Below are positions 28,238 through 37,993 of a stretch of DNA of 64,000 nt, one piece after another; within the stretch, counting starts at the first letter, position 1, and each line of letters begins with the position of its first letter. A program made the translations under genes and the position numbers. A model generated the notes under the pieces. It was not told the DNA's origin. It saw only the letters and a list, made by a program, of their open reading frames with translations, and searched no databases. The stretch is from NCBI GenBank assembly GCA_963786955.1, contig CAWBAT010000005.1, positions 1,376,001-1,440,000 on the forward strand, in the 5' to 3' direction. The DNA comes from an uncultured Acidimicrobiia bacterium. Lineage in GTDB: Bacteria > Acidobacteriota > Terriglobia > Versatilivoradales > Versatilivoraceae.

Positions 28238-29596
28238 ATGCTGTTGAAGTGTCGTGCAATTCATTTTCTTGGGCTTCTAATCTGGTTGTCGAGTCTATTA
28301 CCTACGACGTTTTTCGCCAGTGAACTGGCCCCAGCCGTCACGCCACAAATTCTATCTAGCGAGGCCCTTCAAAAGTCATTAACTCAATTGGAGCGCCGCC
28401 GCTTTCGTTCTTATAATCAAGGTGTGCTCGTCGAAACGCTGGACGGGCGGAAGGTACTTGCCGACCACAATTCGGAAGAGGTTTTTAACCCTGCCTCCGT
28501 CATGAAATTGGCAACTTCGTTCTTTGCCTTGTCTCGTTTGGGCTCGGAGCAGCGCTTTCAAACGGAAATCTATGCAGATTCGGCTTTAAATGGTCGAACG
28601 AAGGCATTGCCGGGGAACCTTTATGTCGTCAGTGATGGTGACCCGTCCCTTCGCTCAAGTGATGCAATCTCCCTCGGTCGAACTCTTGTCCGCCGCGGCC
28701 TTCGTCGTGTCGATGGGGATCTGGTGATTGCTGGTCCGTTCTCTTTGTACAGTGACAGGTACCCGGTGAGAAGTTCAGGTGACGCATTGCGTCGATCCCT
28801 GAGCCGTGTCGGCATTCTTATTAAGGGAAAAGTAAGGACGGTTTCGGTCGAACAGGTTGACCTTTCAACCAAAATCCTTTTCATGAGACGTGAATCGGAT
28901 CGTCTTCGAGATATCCTGTGGCTGCAGAATGCCCATAGCATCAACGAAATTGCAGACCAAGTAGGAGACCTTCTGGGAGGACCAGAAGCTCTAGAACAGT
29001 TTTTGATCGAGGAAGCAAAGATTGCGCCCGATGAAATCCATGTGGATCGCCCTTCCGGGTTGCAATTTAACAAAATGACTCCCCGGGCCGCCGTCAGACT
29101 ATTGCGGGCACTAAATGATTGGCTGGAGGCCCATAAGATGAAGATGCAGGACATTATGCCACTGGCGGGTATTGACGAAGGGACCTTGTTTGGAAGATTT
29201 CGAGATCCACAGATTTACGGGGCCGTCTTGGGTAAAACGGGAACAAATCCCGTCAAAGACGGAGGGGTCAGTGCCCTGGCAGGCATGGCCTTCACCCGGG
29301 ATAACGGTCTTGTTCTATACGCGATTTTTAATTCGCACGGCAGCATCACTGCTTACCGGCGTTGGCAGGATCATTTACTTAAGGAATTGATTGAGGAAAA
29401 TGGTGGGGCGGGGGATTCCTTTCGTTCACGAGGGGGACTCTCACCAGTCAATGTGGCCTCTTATTGGGCGCCCTCCGAGTACTGGAGTAGTTTAGGCGAA
29501 GAAACCTACAAGCAACCCACCCTCAAAAAAGCCACACCTTCGCAACGCAAATACACAAGATCGCATCGTTCTAGCTCCCGCCGAGTCGGCAACTAA
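28238..29596 (+). CDS. dacB: D-alanyl-D-alanine carboxypeptidase/endopeptidase (peptidase S13, PBP4-like)
   Basis: NPASVMK (SxxK), GDP, SIN (SxN), SGL, GKTGT (KTG); N-terminal signal. Confidence 0.85.
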   Translation: MLLKCRAIHFLGLLIWLSSLLPTTFFASELAPAVTPQILSSEALQKSLTQLERRRFRSYNQGVLVETLDGRKVLADHNSEEVFNPASVMKLATSFFALSRLGSEQRFQTEIYADSALNGRTKALPGNLYVVSDGDPSLRSSDAISLGRTLVRRGLRRVDGDLVIAGPFSLYSDRYPVRSSGDALRRSLSRVGILIKGKVRTVSVEQVDLSTKILFMRRESDRLRDILWLQNAHSINEIADQVGDLLGGPEALEQFLIEEAKIAPDEIHVDRPSGLQFNKMTPRAAVRLLRALNDWLEAHKMKMQDIMPLAGIDEGTLFGRFRDPQIYGAVLGKTGTNPVKDGGVSALAGMAFTRDNGLVLYAIFNSHGSITAYRRWQDHLLKELIEENGGAGDSFRSRGGLSPVNVASYWAPSEYWSSLGEETYKQPTLKKATPSQRKYTRSHRSSSRRVGN

Positions 29597-29674
29597 CCGG
29601 ATTGCCGATTTTCGATTTCCCCTGGCAGGTGTTATTCATCACCAATCTCCGCAATTCTGCACGTGCTTGAATAC

Positions 29675-29860
29675 CGCCAGGTGGAGCGGGCGCTCCGGCG
29701 CACGCTCGATAAACGCGCGAGATGACGGTTATCACACGCGCGCGTTCTACCGGAATCGACAGATCATTAGTATCCTATTTCCCCTTTGTCAGCGACTTGC
29801 AAGCTTCAGACAAATCAGCAATTAGAGAGAAATTATGCCCGCCCAACTTCGGGACTCGGG
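29675..29860. repeat. Family A element
   Basis: GGTGGAGCGGGCGCTCCGGCGCACGCTC core and right end CGCCCAACTTCGGGACTCGGG. Confidence 0.75.
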
Positions 29861-29933
29861 TTAATATGACCAGAGTTACGGTCTGTAAACTCAACCGGCA
29901 GGCGACGGCTTTCAAATAGATTGAAAAAGAACA

Positions 29934-30461
29934 ATGACTCTTCTTGCCATATTCGTAGGAAGTGCCGGGGCCTACTTACTGGTCTGGGCGTTCAATGTCC
30001 GGAGAGCAGCTACCGCCCAGCGTCCCCGGTTCTCCAGCACAATTGGGTTTCAGTGGGGGACCCCGACTCTTGGTCTTTTTTTCCTATTGATTGGGTTTGG
30101 ATGGGCGATGAGCAGAAGTTTTCTGTGGGGAACCCTGGGCCTGGTACTGGTTCTAGGCTTAGGGGCTCTCGTGATCTTCCACGATCAGTACACAGCAACC
30201 ATTAAGATCCTTTTCGATGATTTTCTGAGACTCAAGCGGGAGAATTCTGAAGCAGCTGATTTTGATCTGCTTTACTCGATCGTTAAGTCGCGCAAACCCT
30301 TTTGGACCGAAGATCGTGTCGTTGAAATGTGTGTTGGAAAAGACATCAAACAGCTGGTCCTTTTACTCCTGCTGGTTGAATATCAGATTCATCCGATCAA
30401 CGACATGGCGCTTTATGAGCGGCTTAAACAGGAAGTAGAGAAGTCGGCGCCGAAAAGTTAA
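29934..30461 (+). CDS. Hypothetical membrane protein
   Basis: Three N-terminal hydrophobic segments and a soluble helical C-terminus. Confidence 0.7.
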   Translation: MTLLAIFVGSAGAYLLVWAFNVRRAATAQRPRFSSTIGFQWGTPTLGLFFLLIGFGWAMSRSFLWGTLGLVLVLGLGALVIFHDQYTATIKILFDDFLRLKRENSEAADFDLLYSIVKSRKPFWTEDRVVEMCVGKDIKQLVLLLLLVEYQIHPINDMALYERLKQEVEKSAPKS

Positions 30462-30489
30462 ACCAAATGAACAGAGCGATTACGCCCGT

Positions 30490-30750
30490 CTAGTGCCAAG
30501 TTACACAAATTTGCGGTATTTGATGTAGCCGGGGACGTTGACCCCGGACAGCAGGCCTGCTGCAACTTGGGGCAAACGGCGTCCCTCCTTGCACAAGGGG
30601 GACTTCAGGGGGGTCCGTTTCGGACTTAGTACTGCTATTCGTAATTGCGGTGACGTATCTTAAGATAGGCGCCGCTACAAAGTTGTAGGCCGGGTCACCG
30701 ACCCGGCGTTAACGTTACCGTATTTATGAAAAGCAGTATCTTAGTACTAG
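30490..30750. repeat. Truncated family B element plus family C element (30626-30750)
   Basis: CTAGTGCCAAGTTACAC..GTAGCCGGGGACGTTGACCCCGG, then AGTACTGC..CGGTGACG / CGTTACCGTATTTATGAAAAGCAGTA inverted ends. Confidence 0.7.
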
Positions 30751-30755
30751 CCTGC

Positions 30756-31676
30756 CTAATCAAACCAATCTCTCGTCAGGTCCAGCCACATCACGAGTCC
30801 CTTCCACTCTCCATAGTGCCGGTAATGGTTGAAGATAGCCTTATCAGAGACTTTTCGACCGCGCTTGTGCATATTGGAAAACCTCTGCCGGCACCAGCTG
30901 TCCAAAGCAAGATGCTCGTAGTGACCAAGCAACCGCATCAAGTTGCCAGCCGCGTAGGGTCCAATTCCCTTGATGGATATCAGCTCACGATACAGTGTTT
31001 CGGAGTCCAATTGATCCCACTGTCTTAGGTCCAATCGCCCTGCCGCCACTTTTTCCGCAAACTCAAGTATGTAAGCGCTTCGATAACCGGATCGGATCTC
31101 TCTAATCAGAAAGTTTTCGGTTGTAGAAGCCAACTGGGTCGGGGTTGGGAAATCCGCATAGATCGGACTAAACGATTTGCCTAGTTTGCAGACGAGATTA
31201 CCGGTCATTCGCTGGGTGGCGCTCCAGGAGCAATTCGTAGTGCAAAGCATTTTGATTATATCTTCAAAAAGATTCGGGCTACGCAGAAGCCGGCCGGCTT
31301 TGACCCGTGGAATCCACGCAAAATCCCCATTCCCTTTCAACTTCCTAACGGCGGCATAGAACGGCTGGAGTGGCTCGTGCAGGCGAAACATGGACTCAAA
31401 TTGAGATTGAACCTGGTCTAATTCCTCTTGCGTCATGGGGCCATAGGATTGAATGTTTATTTCAGTTTGCTCTTCACCCTCCTGCACCTCCACTAAAACT
31501 GTTTGATGAGAAGTGCTCAAAACGCGTAACAAACAGCGATTTTTAAGGTCGAGATGAAACGGAGGCAAGGAGGACCAGCCATGGCTAAGGGCAGTTCGCC
31601 AAAAATTAAAATCAACAGGGGCTGAAACAGCCAGTTGGTATTGGTACATCTTTCGATTTTCGCTTCGCAGGTTCAC
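30756..31676 (-). CDS. HhH-GPD superfamily DNA glycosylase (AlkA/OGG-like)
   Basis: SHGW, GRLLRSPNLFED..K..CTTN, FPTP, GYR, IKGIGPYAA; alternative start 31649. Confidence 0.88.
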   Translation of the reverse strand: MNLRSENRKMYQYQLAVSAPVDFNFWRTALSHGWSSLPPFHLDLKNRCLLRVLSTSHQTVLVEVQEGEEQTEINIQSYGPMTQEELDQVQSQFESMFRLHEPLQPFYAAVRKLKGNGDFAWIPRVKAGRLLRSPNLFEDIIKMLCTTNCSWSATQRMTGNLVCKLGKSFSPIYADFPTPTQLASTTENFLIREIRSGYRSAYILEFAEKVAAGRLDLRQWDQLDSETLYRELISIKGIGPYAAGNLMRLLGHYEHLALDSWCRQRFSNMHKRGRKVSDKAIFNHYRHYGEWKGLVMWLDLTRDWFD

Positions 31677-31794
31677 GTTTTTTGCTAAAGGCGCCTATTC
31701 GTGCTCGATGAACTGTCGATAAGCTATTTGCAGGCCATAGCATCTATACAAGATTCGAAACGCGTCTGGCAATCTCTAGCTTCGCGAGGCCTTC

Positions 31795-32139
31795 ATGGAA
31801 ACCCCTGCCTTCCTGCTCAAGCTCAAAGCCATCGGACTAAAGGATCTCTATCACATTCAGGGATTCATGCATCTTTTAATGAAACCACGGAATGGGATGC
31901 GTTGGTCGATAGAGGATAAAAAAGAACTCCGCAGCCATTTGATTCCACTTGCCGAGACGTTGCCTTATCTCGCAGTCTTCAGCCTCCCTGGCGGCCTGCT
32001 GCTGCTGCCGATTCTTGCCCGGATTATGGACCGGCGCAAACCAGGCCAGCTGCGCTCTGTTGTTCCCAATCCTGAAAGATCACCCGAGAATCGAAGCACC
32101 GATTATCCCAACGCCGATTCCAAGTCAGAAGAGAAATAA
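31795..32139 (+). CDS. Hypothetical protein (LMKPRNG..W..LPGG.LLLP type)
   Basis: Protein-like ORF with a hydrophobic PYLAVFSLPGGLLLLPILA segment followed by DRRK. Confidence 0.65.
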   Translation: METPAFLLKLKAIGLKDLYHIQGFMHLLMKPRNGMRWSIEDKKELRSHLIPLAETLPYLAVFSLPGGLLLLPILARIMDRRKPGQLRSVVPNPERSPENRSTDYPNADSKSEEK

Positions 32140-32184
32140 ACGAGAGAGATTCACTTTACCGGTTGTCACCAGAAAATGGCTAGA

Positions 32185-32459
32185 CTAAGTACTGCATTTC
32201 ATAAATACGGTGACGTATCTTAGAATAGGCGCCGCGTGGGGTCACGCAGCCTACAAAGGTGTAGGCCGGGTCACTGACCCGGTGCTAACGTCATCGATTT
32301 TCTGAAACGCAATGGTAAACGATCGATCGTCTCGGGCCAATCGATTATCCTAATATTAAGTTGCGGAAGTCTGTGTTGTAGCTGGCCCCGCTGGGGTCGC
32401 CCGGGGTCAACTTCCCCCGGCTAGAGCAGTTACCGCGAATTGATGCGACTCGGCACTAG
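32185..32459. repeat. Family C element (32185-32317) and family B element (32350-32459)
   Basis: AGTACTGCATTTCATAAATACGGTGACGTATCTTAG..GTAGGCCGGGTCACTGACCCGG matches the 30626 copy; the second element is the reverse complement of the 22281 copy. Confidence 0.75.
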
Positions 32460-32583
32460 GCAACCAAAATAGCAGTTCTCTCAGCCCAATTTCTTCATTG
32501 TAACGAACCTTCCCAGGAAACAGGGCAGTGGACTTTTGCATCCAATCCGAAGTATTAAATGGAAAATGAATGATGAACTGGGT

Positions 32584-33450
32584 ATGAGAAGATTCGGATT
32601 AATCCTATTGGTCCTTTTGGGCGCCTCGGTCTGTGCTTTTCCTGTGAGTGAGCTGAAGGTCCAAGCCGAGGGACCCTTAAGCGGACCGGAATACATTCGC
32701 AAGATCGCGGAGAACGTCAAAAAGAACCGCATCCTGGAGATGTCCTACACATTCGAAGTGACTCATCAGAAACAGACTTTAGGAAGAAATGCGGAGGTCC
32801 AGGACAACGAGACTCGAACTTATGAGATCACGCCTTTGGAGGATGACTATTACCGAAAGCTCATCAAGAAAGATGGGAAACCACTCTCGGAACAAGAGAC
32901 GCGAAGTGAAGAAAAGAAGCTGCAACAGAGCTTGAAACGGCAAACCAATCTCTCCCTATCGGAACGAAATAAGCTTGAGAAGAAGAAAAAGGAACGCCGC
33001 CGCAAGGAAGAGCAATTCTGGAATGAAGTGGTTAAGGCCTTCGATTTCACTGAAATCGGCGGAGAAACGGTGGAAGGACGCTCCGCCCGAGTCTTTAAAG
33101 CAATCCCTCGCGCGCAATACGTTCCAGAGGACAGCGATTTTGAACTACTCAAGAAAATCAAAGGGACGATCTGGGTCGATGTAGCGGATGACCAGGTCTT
33201 ACGGGCGGATGTGGAGTTTATTGAAGACATTCGCTTGGTCGGAGGGTTTTTGGCGAAAGTCAACAAAGGTGGGACATTCACGGTACTGCAGAAGAAGGTG
33301 AACGACGAAGTTTGGTTCCCTTCTCACAGTGAAATCGTTGTGAATGGCCGCTTGCTTCTGTTTAAAGGGTTCAATCTCAAAATACTCAGCGACTTCGGGA
33401 ATTACAGAAAATTTGAGACCTCAGTCAATTTTGTTCCTGCCTCTGAATAA
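32584..33450 (+). CDS. Exported hypothetical protein
   Basis: Signal peptide; charged helix, then a beta-rich region (GTIWVD, VWFP, NYRKF). Confidence 0.8.
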   Translation: MRRFGLILLVLLGASVCAFPVSELKVQAEGPLSGPEYIRKIAENVKKNRILEMSYTFEVTHQKQTLGRNAEVQDNETRTYEITPLEDDYYRKLIKKDGKPLSEQETRSEEKKLQQSLKRQTNLSLSERNKLEKKKKERRRKEEQFWNEVVKAFDFTEIGGETVEGRSARVFKAIPRAQYVPEDSDFELLKKIKGTIWVDVADDQVLRADVEFIEDIRLVGGFLAKVNKGGTFTVLQKKVNDEVWFPSHSEIVVNGRLLLFKGFNLKILSDFGNYRKFETSVNFVPASE

Positions 33451-33486
33451 GACCTACAGATTCACCGTACCTGGTTCGGCGATTTT

Positions 33487-33695
33487 GGAGTGCGGCAGCT
33501 CGCTGCCGCTTTCGGTTCCGGCTCTGCCACGAGCGGCAGCTCGCTGCCGCACTGGGCACCTGTTCTACGCCCATGCTGCGGTCACTGTCAATCTTGAGGT
33601 CCAGCAATGAACGGTTCGGGCCGCTCATCTGCTTCGACTACGTCGCCGGCAAGCTGGCGAGCTTGCAAAGTGGGAGCAAGCTCCCGCACTCCCAA
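33487..33695. repeat. GGAGTGC-type palindromic repeat cluster
   Basis: GGAGTGCGGCAGCTCGCTGCCGCT, GCGGCAGCTCGCTGCCGCACT and GGGAGCAAGCTCCCGCACTCC. Confidence 0.65.
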
Positions 33696-33926
33696 AGAAC
33701 TGCCCAGCACTACCAACTCACTGGGGCAGCAAGGTACGAGGGTCGTTGGTGACATTGTAGATCGCCGCGGCAGACTATTTATGGATTTCTATCTCGCACC
33801 GGATTTCCATTAAACAATACAGATTCTGGACTATAATTCCCTTGCCCGAGGGGGCACTCAGGACCCAATTCATGGGCATCTTTTGCGGTTTCGTCTGAAG
33901 CTGATTCCTCGACATTTCAAAGGTCA

Positions 33927-36014
33927 ATGGTTCGCTTTGGCTCACGACTAATTCATTCCTGGAATAGACTGGCCCGCTCTGAAAAGCTATTTGCTTTACT
34001 GGCACTTCTGACGGGAATCAATTGGATTGTGCAACGAATCAGTTCTTCGGCCCTTCCTTTTGCGGGATTTATTGACTACGCCTTTGCCATCCTGGCTGTT
34101 GCCCTCCTCGTCAAGTACTTCCTCCGTCTAATGCGTCGGTTTGTCTGGCGAATTAGAAACCGACTCATTGTTGCCTACATCTTTATTGGTGTCGTTCCGG
34201 TACTGCTGGTCTTTGCCATGCTGGCTATTGGGCTCTATGTCTTAATGGGCCAGGTAACAACATATCTGCTGACCCGCGAATTACAACACCGGAACGAAAT
34301 CGTACGGGATTGCGCTTCTATATTGGGCTGGCAAACGGCGGAGCATTACAAAGGAGAAGATGTGGAACGGGTGGCTACTCAGACCCTGCTCCATTTGCAA
34401 CATCGTGTTCCTACCCTTCAAGCAATCGTCAGGATCGATAAAGCTACTTTTAACCTTCCGGGAAACACTGTCCGGGAGAACTACCCTTACTGGAGCCGAC
34501 CAGGGTTTGTGGGCTTGGTGAGAGTCGGTCCAGATTATTTTCTAGCAGCTTATACCGAAGCGAGAATCCAAAACCACACCATCGAAGTCTTTGCTTTCGA
34601 ACCGGTCGGTTCGGATTTGCTGTCTAGCCTTCTCCCGGAATTGGCCACAGTGAACCTGCTCGAATTGGAAAAACTCCCCGAGGAAAAATCGGAAGGACAA
34701 AAGAGCTCTGAGCGCCCCTCTGAAAACAGCGAGGCGGGCTCCGCCGGCAAGGGGTCGAGTTACACCATACGTTTGAACCAGCAGCGAATCTCGCCTTCTC
34801 TTGAAGCCTCCATAAAGACACTTCCGGCTGCGAAAGGTTGGTGGGATAGGGAGGTTCGCTGGGGAACGCTGGCGTCCTATAGTCTCTGGGACAATAGGCA
34901 GCAAGAGACCGAAAAGGTTGTCTTTCGCGTTGACTCACGTCCGTCCTTGATCGGCCGGAAACTGTTCAGCGTGCTCGGTCCGCTTAGCAGCGCCGTCTTC
35001 TTCATGCTTTACATTATCGGCGGACTGCTTCTGGTAGCCGAAATCCTTTCGTTGAGTCTAGGTGTCAGCCTGACGAAGACCATCACACGTTCAGTGGCTG
35101 ATCTCTACGAAGGGACTTTGCGAATTAACTCCGGGAACTTTTCTCACCGCATCCCCCTTCGATCAAAGGATCAACTTAGTGAGTTGGCATCTTCCTTCAA
35201 CCGCATGACCGACAGTGTCCAGAAGCTCATCGTGGAATCGAAGGAGAAAGAACGTCTCGAATCGGAGCTTGAAATCGCTCGTGAGGTGCAATCTCAGCTC
35301 TTTCCCCGGGAAATCCCGCAACTGCAGACCTTGGAACTCGCCGGCTCCTGCCTGCCAGCCCGGATGGTGAGCGGAGACTACTATGACTTCATGAGAATGG
35401 ATCCGAATTGGACGGCCTTGGCTATTGGAGACGTTGCGGGAAAGGGCATTTCGGCAGCCCTTCTGATGGCCAGCATTCAATCGTCGCTTCGTGCTCAGCT
35501 GAATGCTCGAGCACTTCCCAGCGGACCCGGCGATGCAGACGGTCTTCCCCTCCTGATTTCTGAAATGACAACCCGGCTTAATCAGCAATTGTACGAAATT
35601 ACTTCTGCCGAGAAGTACGCCACTTTTTTTTGCGCGCTGGTAAATGATTGCAGTGGCCAGCTATTTTATACCAATGCCGGACACCTTCCCCCTCTGCTTA
35701 TTCGGAACCAGCAGGCTCATAAACTGGACATTCATGGAATGGTGTTGGGTGCCTTCCCCAATCAGACTTATGGTCACGGATCTGTTGAGCTTCAACCAGG
35801 AGATCTCTTAGTCGCCTATACAGACGGGATTACAGAGCCTGAAAACGAATATGGTGAGGAGTTTGGTGAAAAACGATTAGCGGAACTACTCGTTCAGAAT
35901 GCCGACCAGCCCTTTGCCGAGTTGACCCGCCTCATCGCGGCAGCGGTTAGGGAATGGAGCGCTACGCCGGAACAGCAGGATGATATGACCCTACTTATGT
36001 TAAGGCGGATCTAA
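33927..36014 (+). CDS. Membrane HAMP-domain SpoIIE/RsbU family PP2C phosphatase
   Basis: TM helices; HAMP (DQLSELASSFNRM); ELEIAREVQ, VSGDYYD, DVAGKG, NAGH, YTDGITE, DDMT. Confidence 0.93.
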   Translation: MVRFGSRLIHSWNRLARSEKLFALLALLTGINWIVQRISSSALPFAGFIDYAFAILAVALLVKYFLRLMRRFVWRIRNRLIVAYIFIGVVPVLLVFAMLAIGLYVLMGQVTTYLLTRELQHRNEIVRDCASILGWQTAEHYKGEDVERVATQTLLHLQHRVPTLQAIVRIDKATFNLPGNTVRENYPYWSRPGFVGLVRVGPDYFLAAYTEARIQNHTIEVFAFEPVGSDLLSSLLPELATVNLLELEKLPEEKSEGQKSSERPSENSEAGSAGKGSSYTIRLNQQRISPSLEASIKTLPAAKGWWDREVRWGTLASYSLWDNRQQETEKVVFRVDSRPSLIGRKLFSVLGPLSSAVFFMLYIIGGLLLVAEILSLSLGVSLTKTITRSVADLYEGTLRINSGNFSHRIPLRSKDQLSELASSFNRMTDSVQKLIVESKEKERLESELEIAREVQSQLFPREIPQLQTLELAGSCLPARMVSGDYYDFMRMDPNWTALAIGDVAGKGISAALLMASIQSSLRAQLNARALPSGPGDADGLPLLISEMTTRLNQQLYEITSAEKYATFFCALVNDCSGQLFYTNAGHLPPLLIRNQQAHKLDIHGMVLGAFPNQTYGHGSVELQPGDLLVAYTDGITEPENEYGEEFGEKRLAELLVQNADQPFAELTRLIAAAVREWSATPEQQDDMTLLMLRRI

Positions 36015-36260
36015 CCGCTTCCGATGAGACCATCCACGCGGAGAGATTCCCTACACTTCAAGACGCTCACCCGATTCGTGTCCATTTAGGAATTCGGACC
36101 TACCACCCGCCTTAAGAAAGTTTATGGGTCTCAAAATCAATTAACACAATCTTCATTTGATGAAAATGCGCCTTTCATAAAGGTCTATTAGACTGCCTAG
36201 CAATGGTCGGATGTTGGAGGATTTGTAAGCAATTTGTTCCTAATTAAGGAGGGGGTTAAA

Positions 36261-36710
36261 ATGATTCCCAGTCAATTGCACTTTAGCTCTAGTTCAACCG
36301 GTTTAAGAACGGGCAGATCGCTCAAGCATATTCTCCTCGTGGGCATTGAGGAAGAACACCGTTTGCTGCTGGCTGCACTCCTCCAAGCGGAGGGTCATCT
36401 AGTTTCGGTCAGTTGCACAGACAAAGAAGCCCTTCGACTTCTTCAGCGCGGAAATATTGACTTCGTAATCGTCGATCATTTTGCACCCGAACTCGATGGG
36501 CTGTCGCTTCTGGAGGAAATCAAAAGCCTAAATTCCGACATTCCAGTTCTCATCCTCTCTTCTCAATACGAGATGGAGCATTACATGACAGCGATGAATC
36601 TGGGAGCACTGGACTACTTCAGCAAACCAGTAGATTACTCGAGCGTGCAGCGAATTGTGAATACTCATGTGGCATTTGGGCGGAATCAACAGATGAAGTT
36701 CATGCAATAA
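36261..36710 (+). CDS. Single-domain response regulator receiver protein
   Basis: VIVD..PELDG, IPVLILS, GALDYFSKP; strong AAGGAGG RBS. The N-terminal acidic pair is atypical. Confidence 0.88.
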   Translation: MIPSQLHFSSSSTGLRTGRSLKHILLVGIEEEHRLLLAALLQAEGHLVSVSCTDKEALRLLQRGNIDFVIVDHFAPELDGLSLLEEIKSLNSDIPVLILSSQYEMEHYMTAMNLGALDYFSKPVDYSSVQRIVNTHVAFGRNQQMKFMQ

Positions 36711-36949
36711 ATCTCGAGAAAAGTCATCGTTCAAAACTCTTTTTCAAACGCTTGAGACGAGGGCGCAGTCTGCTTGGTTGGGGGGCATCCCTTCAGGGAT
36801 ATGCGGAGTGGCATCCTTCTCGTTCACTATTTGAACGCATTACCTATTCGGTCACGCCAACTTTGATTGAGCTTGTATAGGCCGCAGACGCCATGAATTC
36901 TTTAAAGATCTCACTTCGATTTCAACAGTAGATCGCCGTCCTTGGATAT

Positions 36950-37075
36950 TGGAGCAAGAAGCTGAAACCGCAGCTCGATATGATCCTGCACATGCCGAGG
37001 TGGATCTAACGGCTTCAAGTGAGACCATCCACGCGCGGAGACTTCCTACGTTTCAGGACGCTCAGCCGGCTCGTG
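36950..37075 (+). repeat. Diverged direct duplicate of the SpoIIE gene 3' end (35955-36080)
   Basis: Ungapped alignment at 995-bp offset, about 94/126 identities by hand count. Confidence 0.8.
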
Positions 37076-37519
37076 ATCCTTCAGGAATTTATCGTTCAAA
37101 GAGTCTAAGATGCGAAAAGTGCGGAGAAAATAATCATCAATTTTTTCCAAATCCTTCTTGCGCCCGAGCGCTGGCTTTAATCCAAGCTTCTTCCCGGACT
37201 TTTGGAGATTACTCAACTCATCTGTCAGTCTCGCTTTCTTGAATTTCTTTTTCTCTGTGCCAGAAATATTTTCCTTCAAAGCCAGAATCTGCCTTTGAAT
37301 CTCTTCGACAATTTTACTGTTATTGTCTGCCATCGCAGAAAGTATTTGGAGATGAAAATTCTTGCAAGTCAGCAGTCCTTCCGAAAGATTGTCCAATTTT
37401 TCGAGCAGAGTCTTCTTCTTACCTCCTTTAGTGCTCTTTGTTCCATCCCCGGCAGATTCTTTCCCGGAATTAGGCTCAGGAAGGTTCGCTACTTTTGAAT
37501 CCTTGTCTTTTTTCTTCAT
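37046..37519 (-). CDS. Lysine-rich hypothetical protein
   Basis: 157-aa ORF with GGAGG RBS; no recognisable domain. Confidence 0.7.
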   Translation of the reverse strand: MKKKDKDSKVANLPEPNSGKESAGDGTKSTKGGKKKTLLEKLDNLSEGLLTCKNFHLQILSAMADNNSKIVEEIQRQILALKENISGTEKKKFKKARLTDELSNLQKSGKKLGLKPALGRKKDLEKIDDYFLRTFRILDSLNDKFLKDHEPAERPET

Positions 37520-37993
37520 GGTTAGAGCCTCCGTACCTAGATTGGATTTTCATCAAACTCACAATGTTGTGAGCGTTACACAAAGACGTGCAAGGCGCCA
37601 ACGCGAGCTTCGTATTTAGCTGACAAAATCAGGCAGGCGAAGAATCAAACAGATCTCGTTCTGACTGATGAGGGTCAAGCTCGTGCCATCAGACCCGACC
37701 CAAGTGAACGCTTAAAGTCCAGCTAGAAGAATGCAGGGTCAAGCGACCCCTGGATCCAAATTCTTTTCGTCGACTTAAGCGGGCGGAGGAGTGAGTCGCC
37801 TTCCCTCTATCCAGAAAAGACCAACCTTATCCAAGAGCTATAACATTTGTATTACGCCCGCGTAACAACCCCGTGAAATCGGCACTGGTTGCTACTGTAG
37901 TGGTTTATTTACCAATTTGGAAAGTATAACAGAACACCTCAAACTTTGTGGGAAAGAATATGTGCTTCTCTAATCACAGCACACAGGCAGGAA

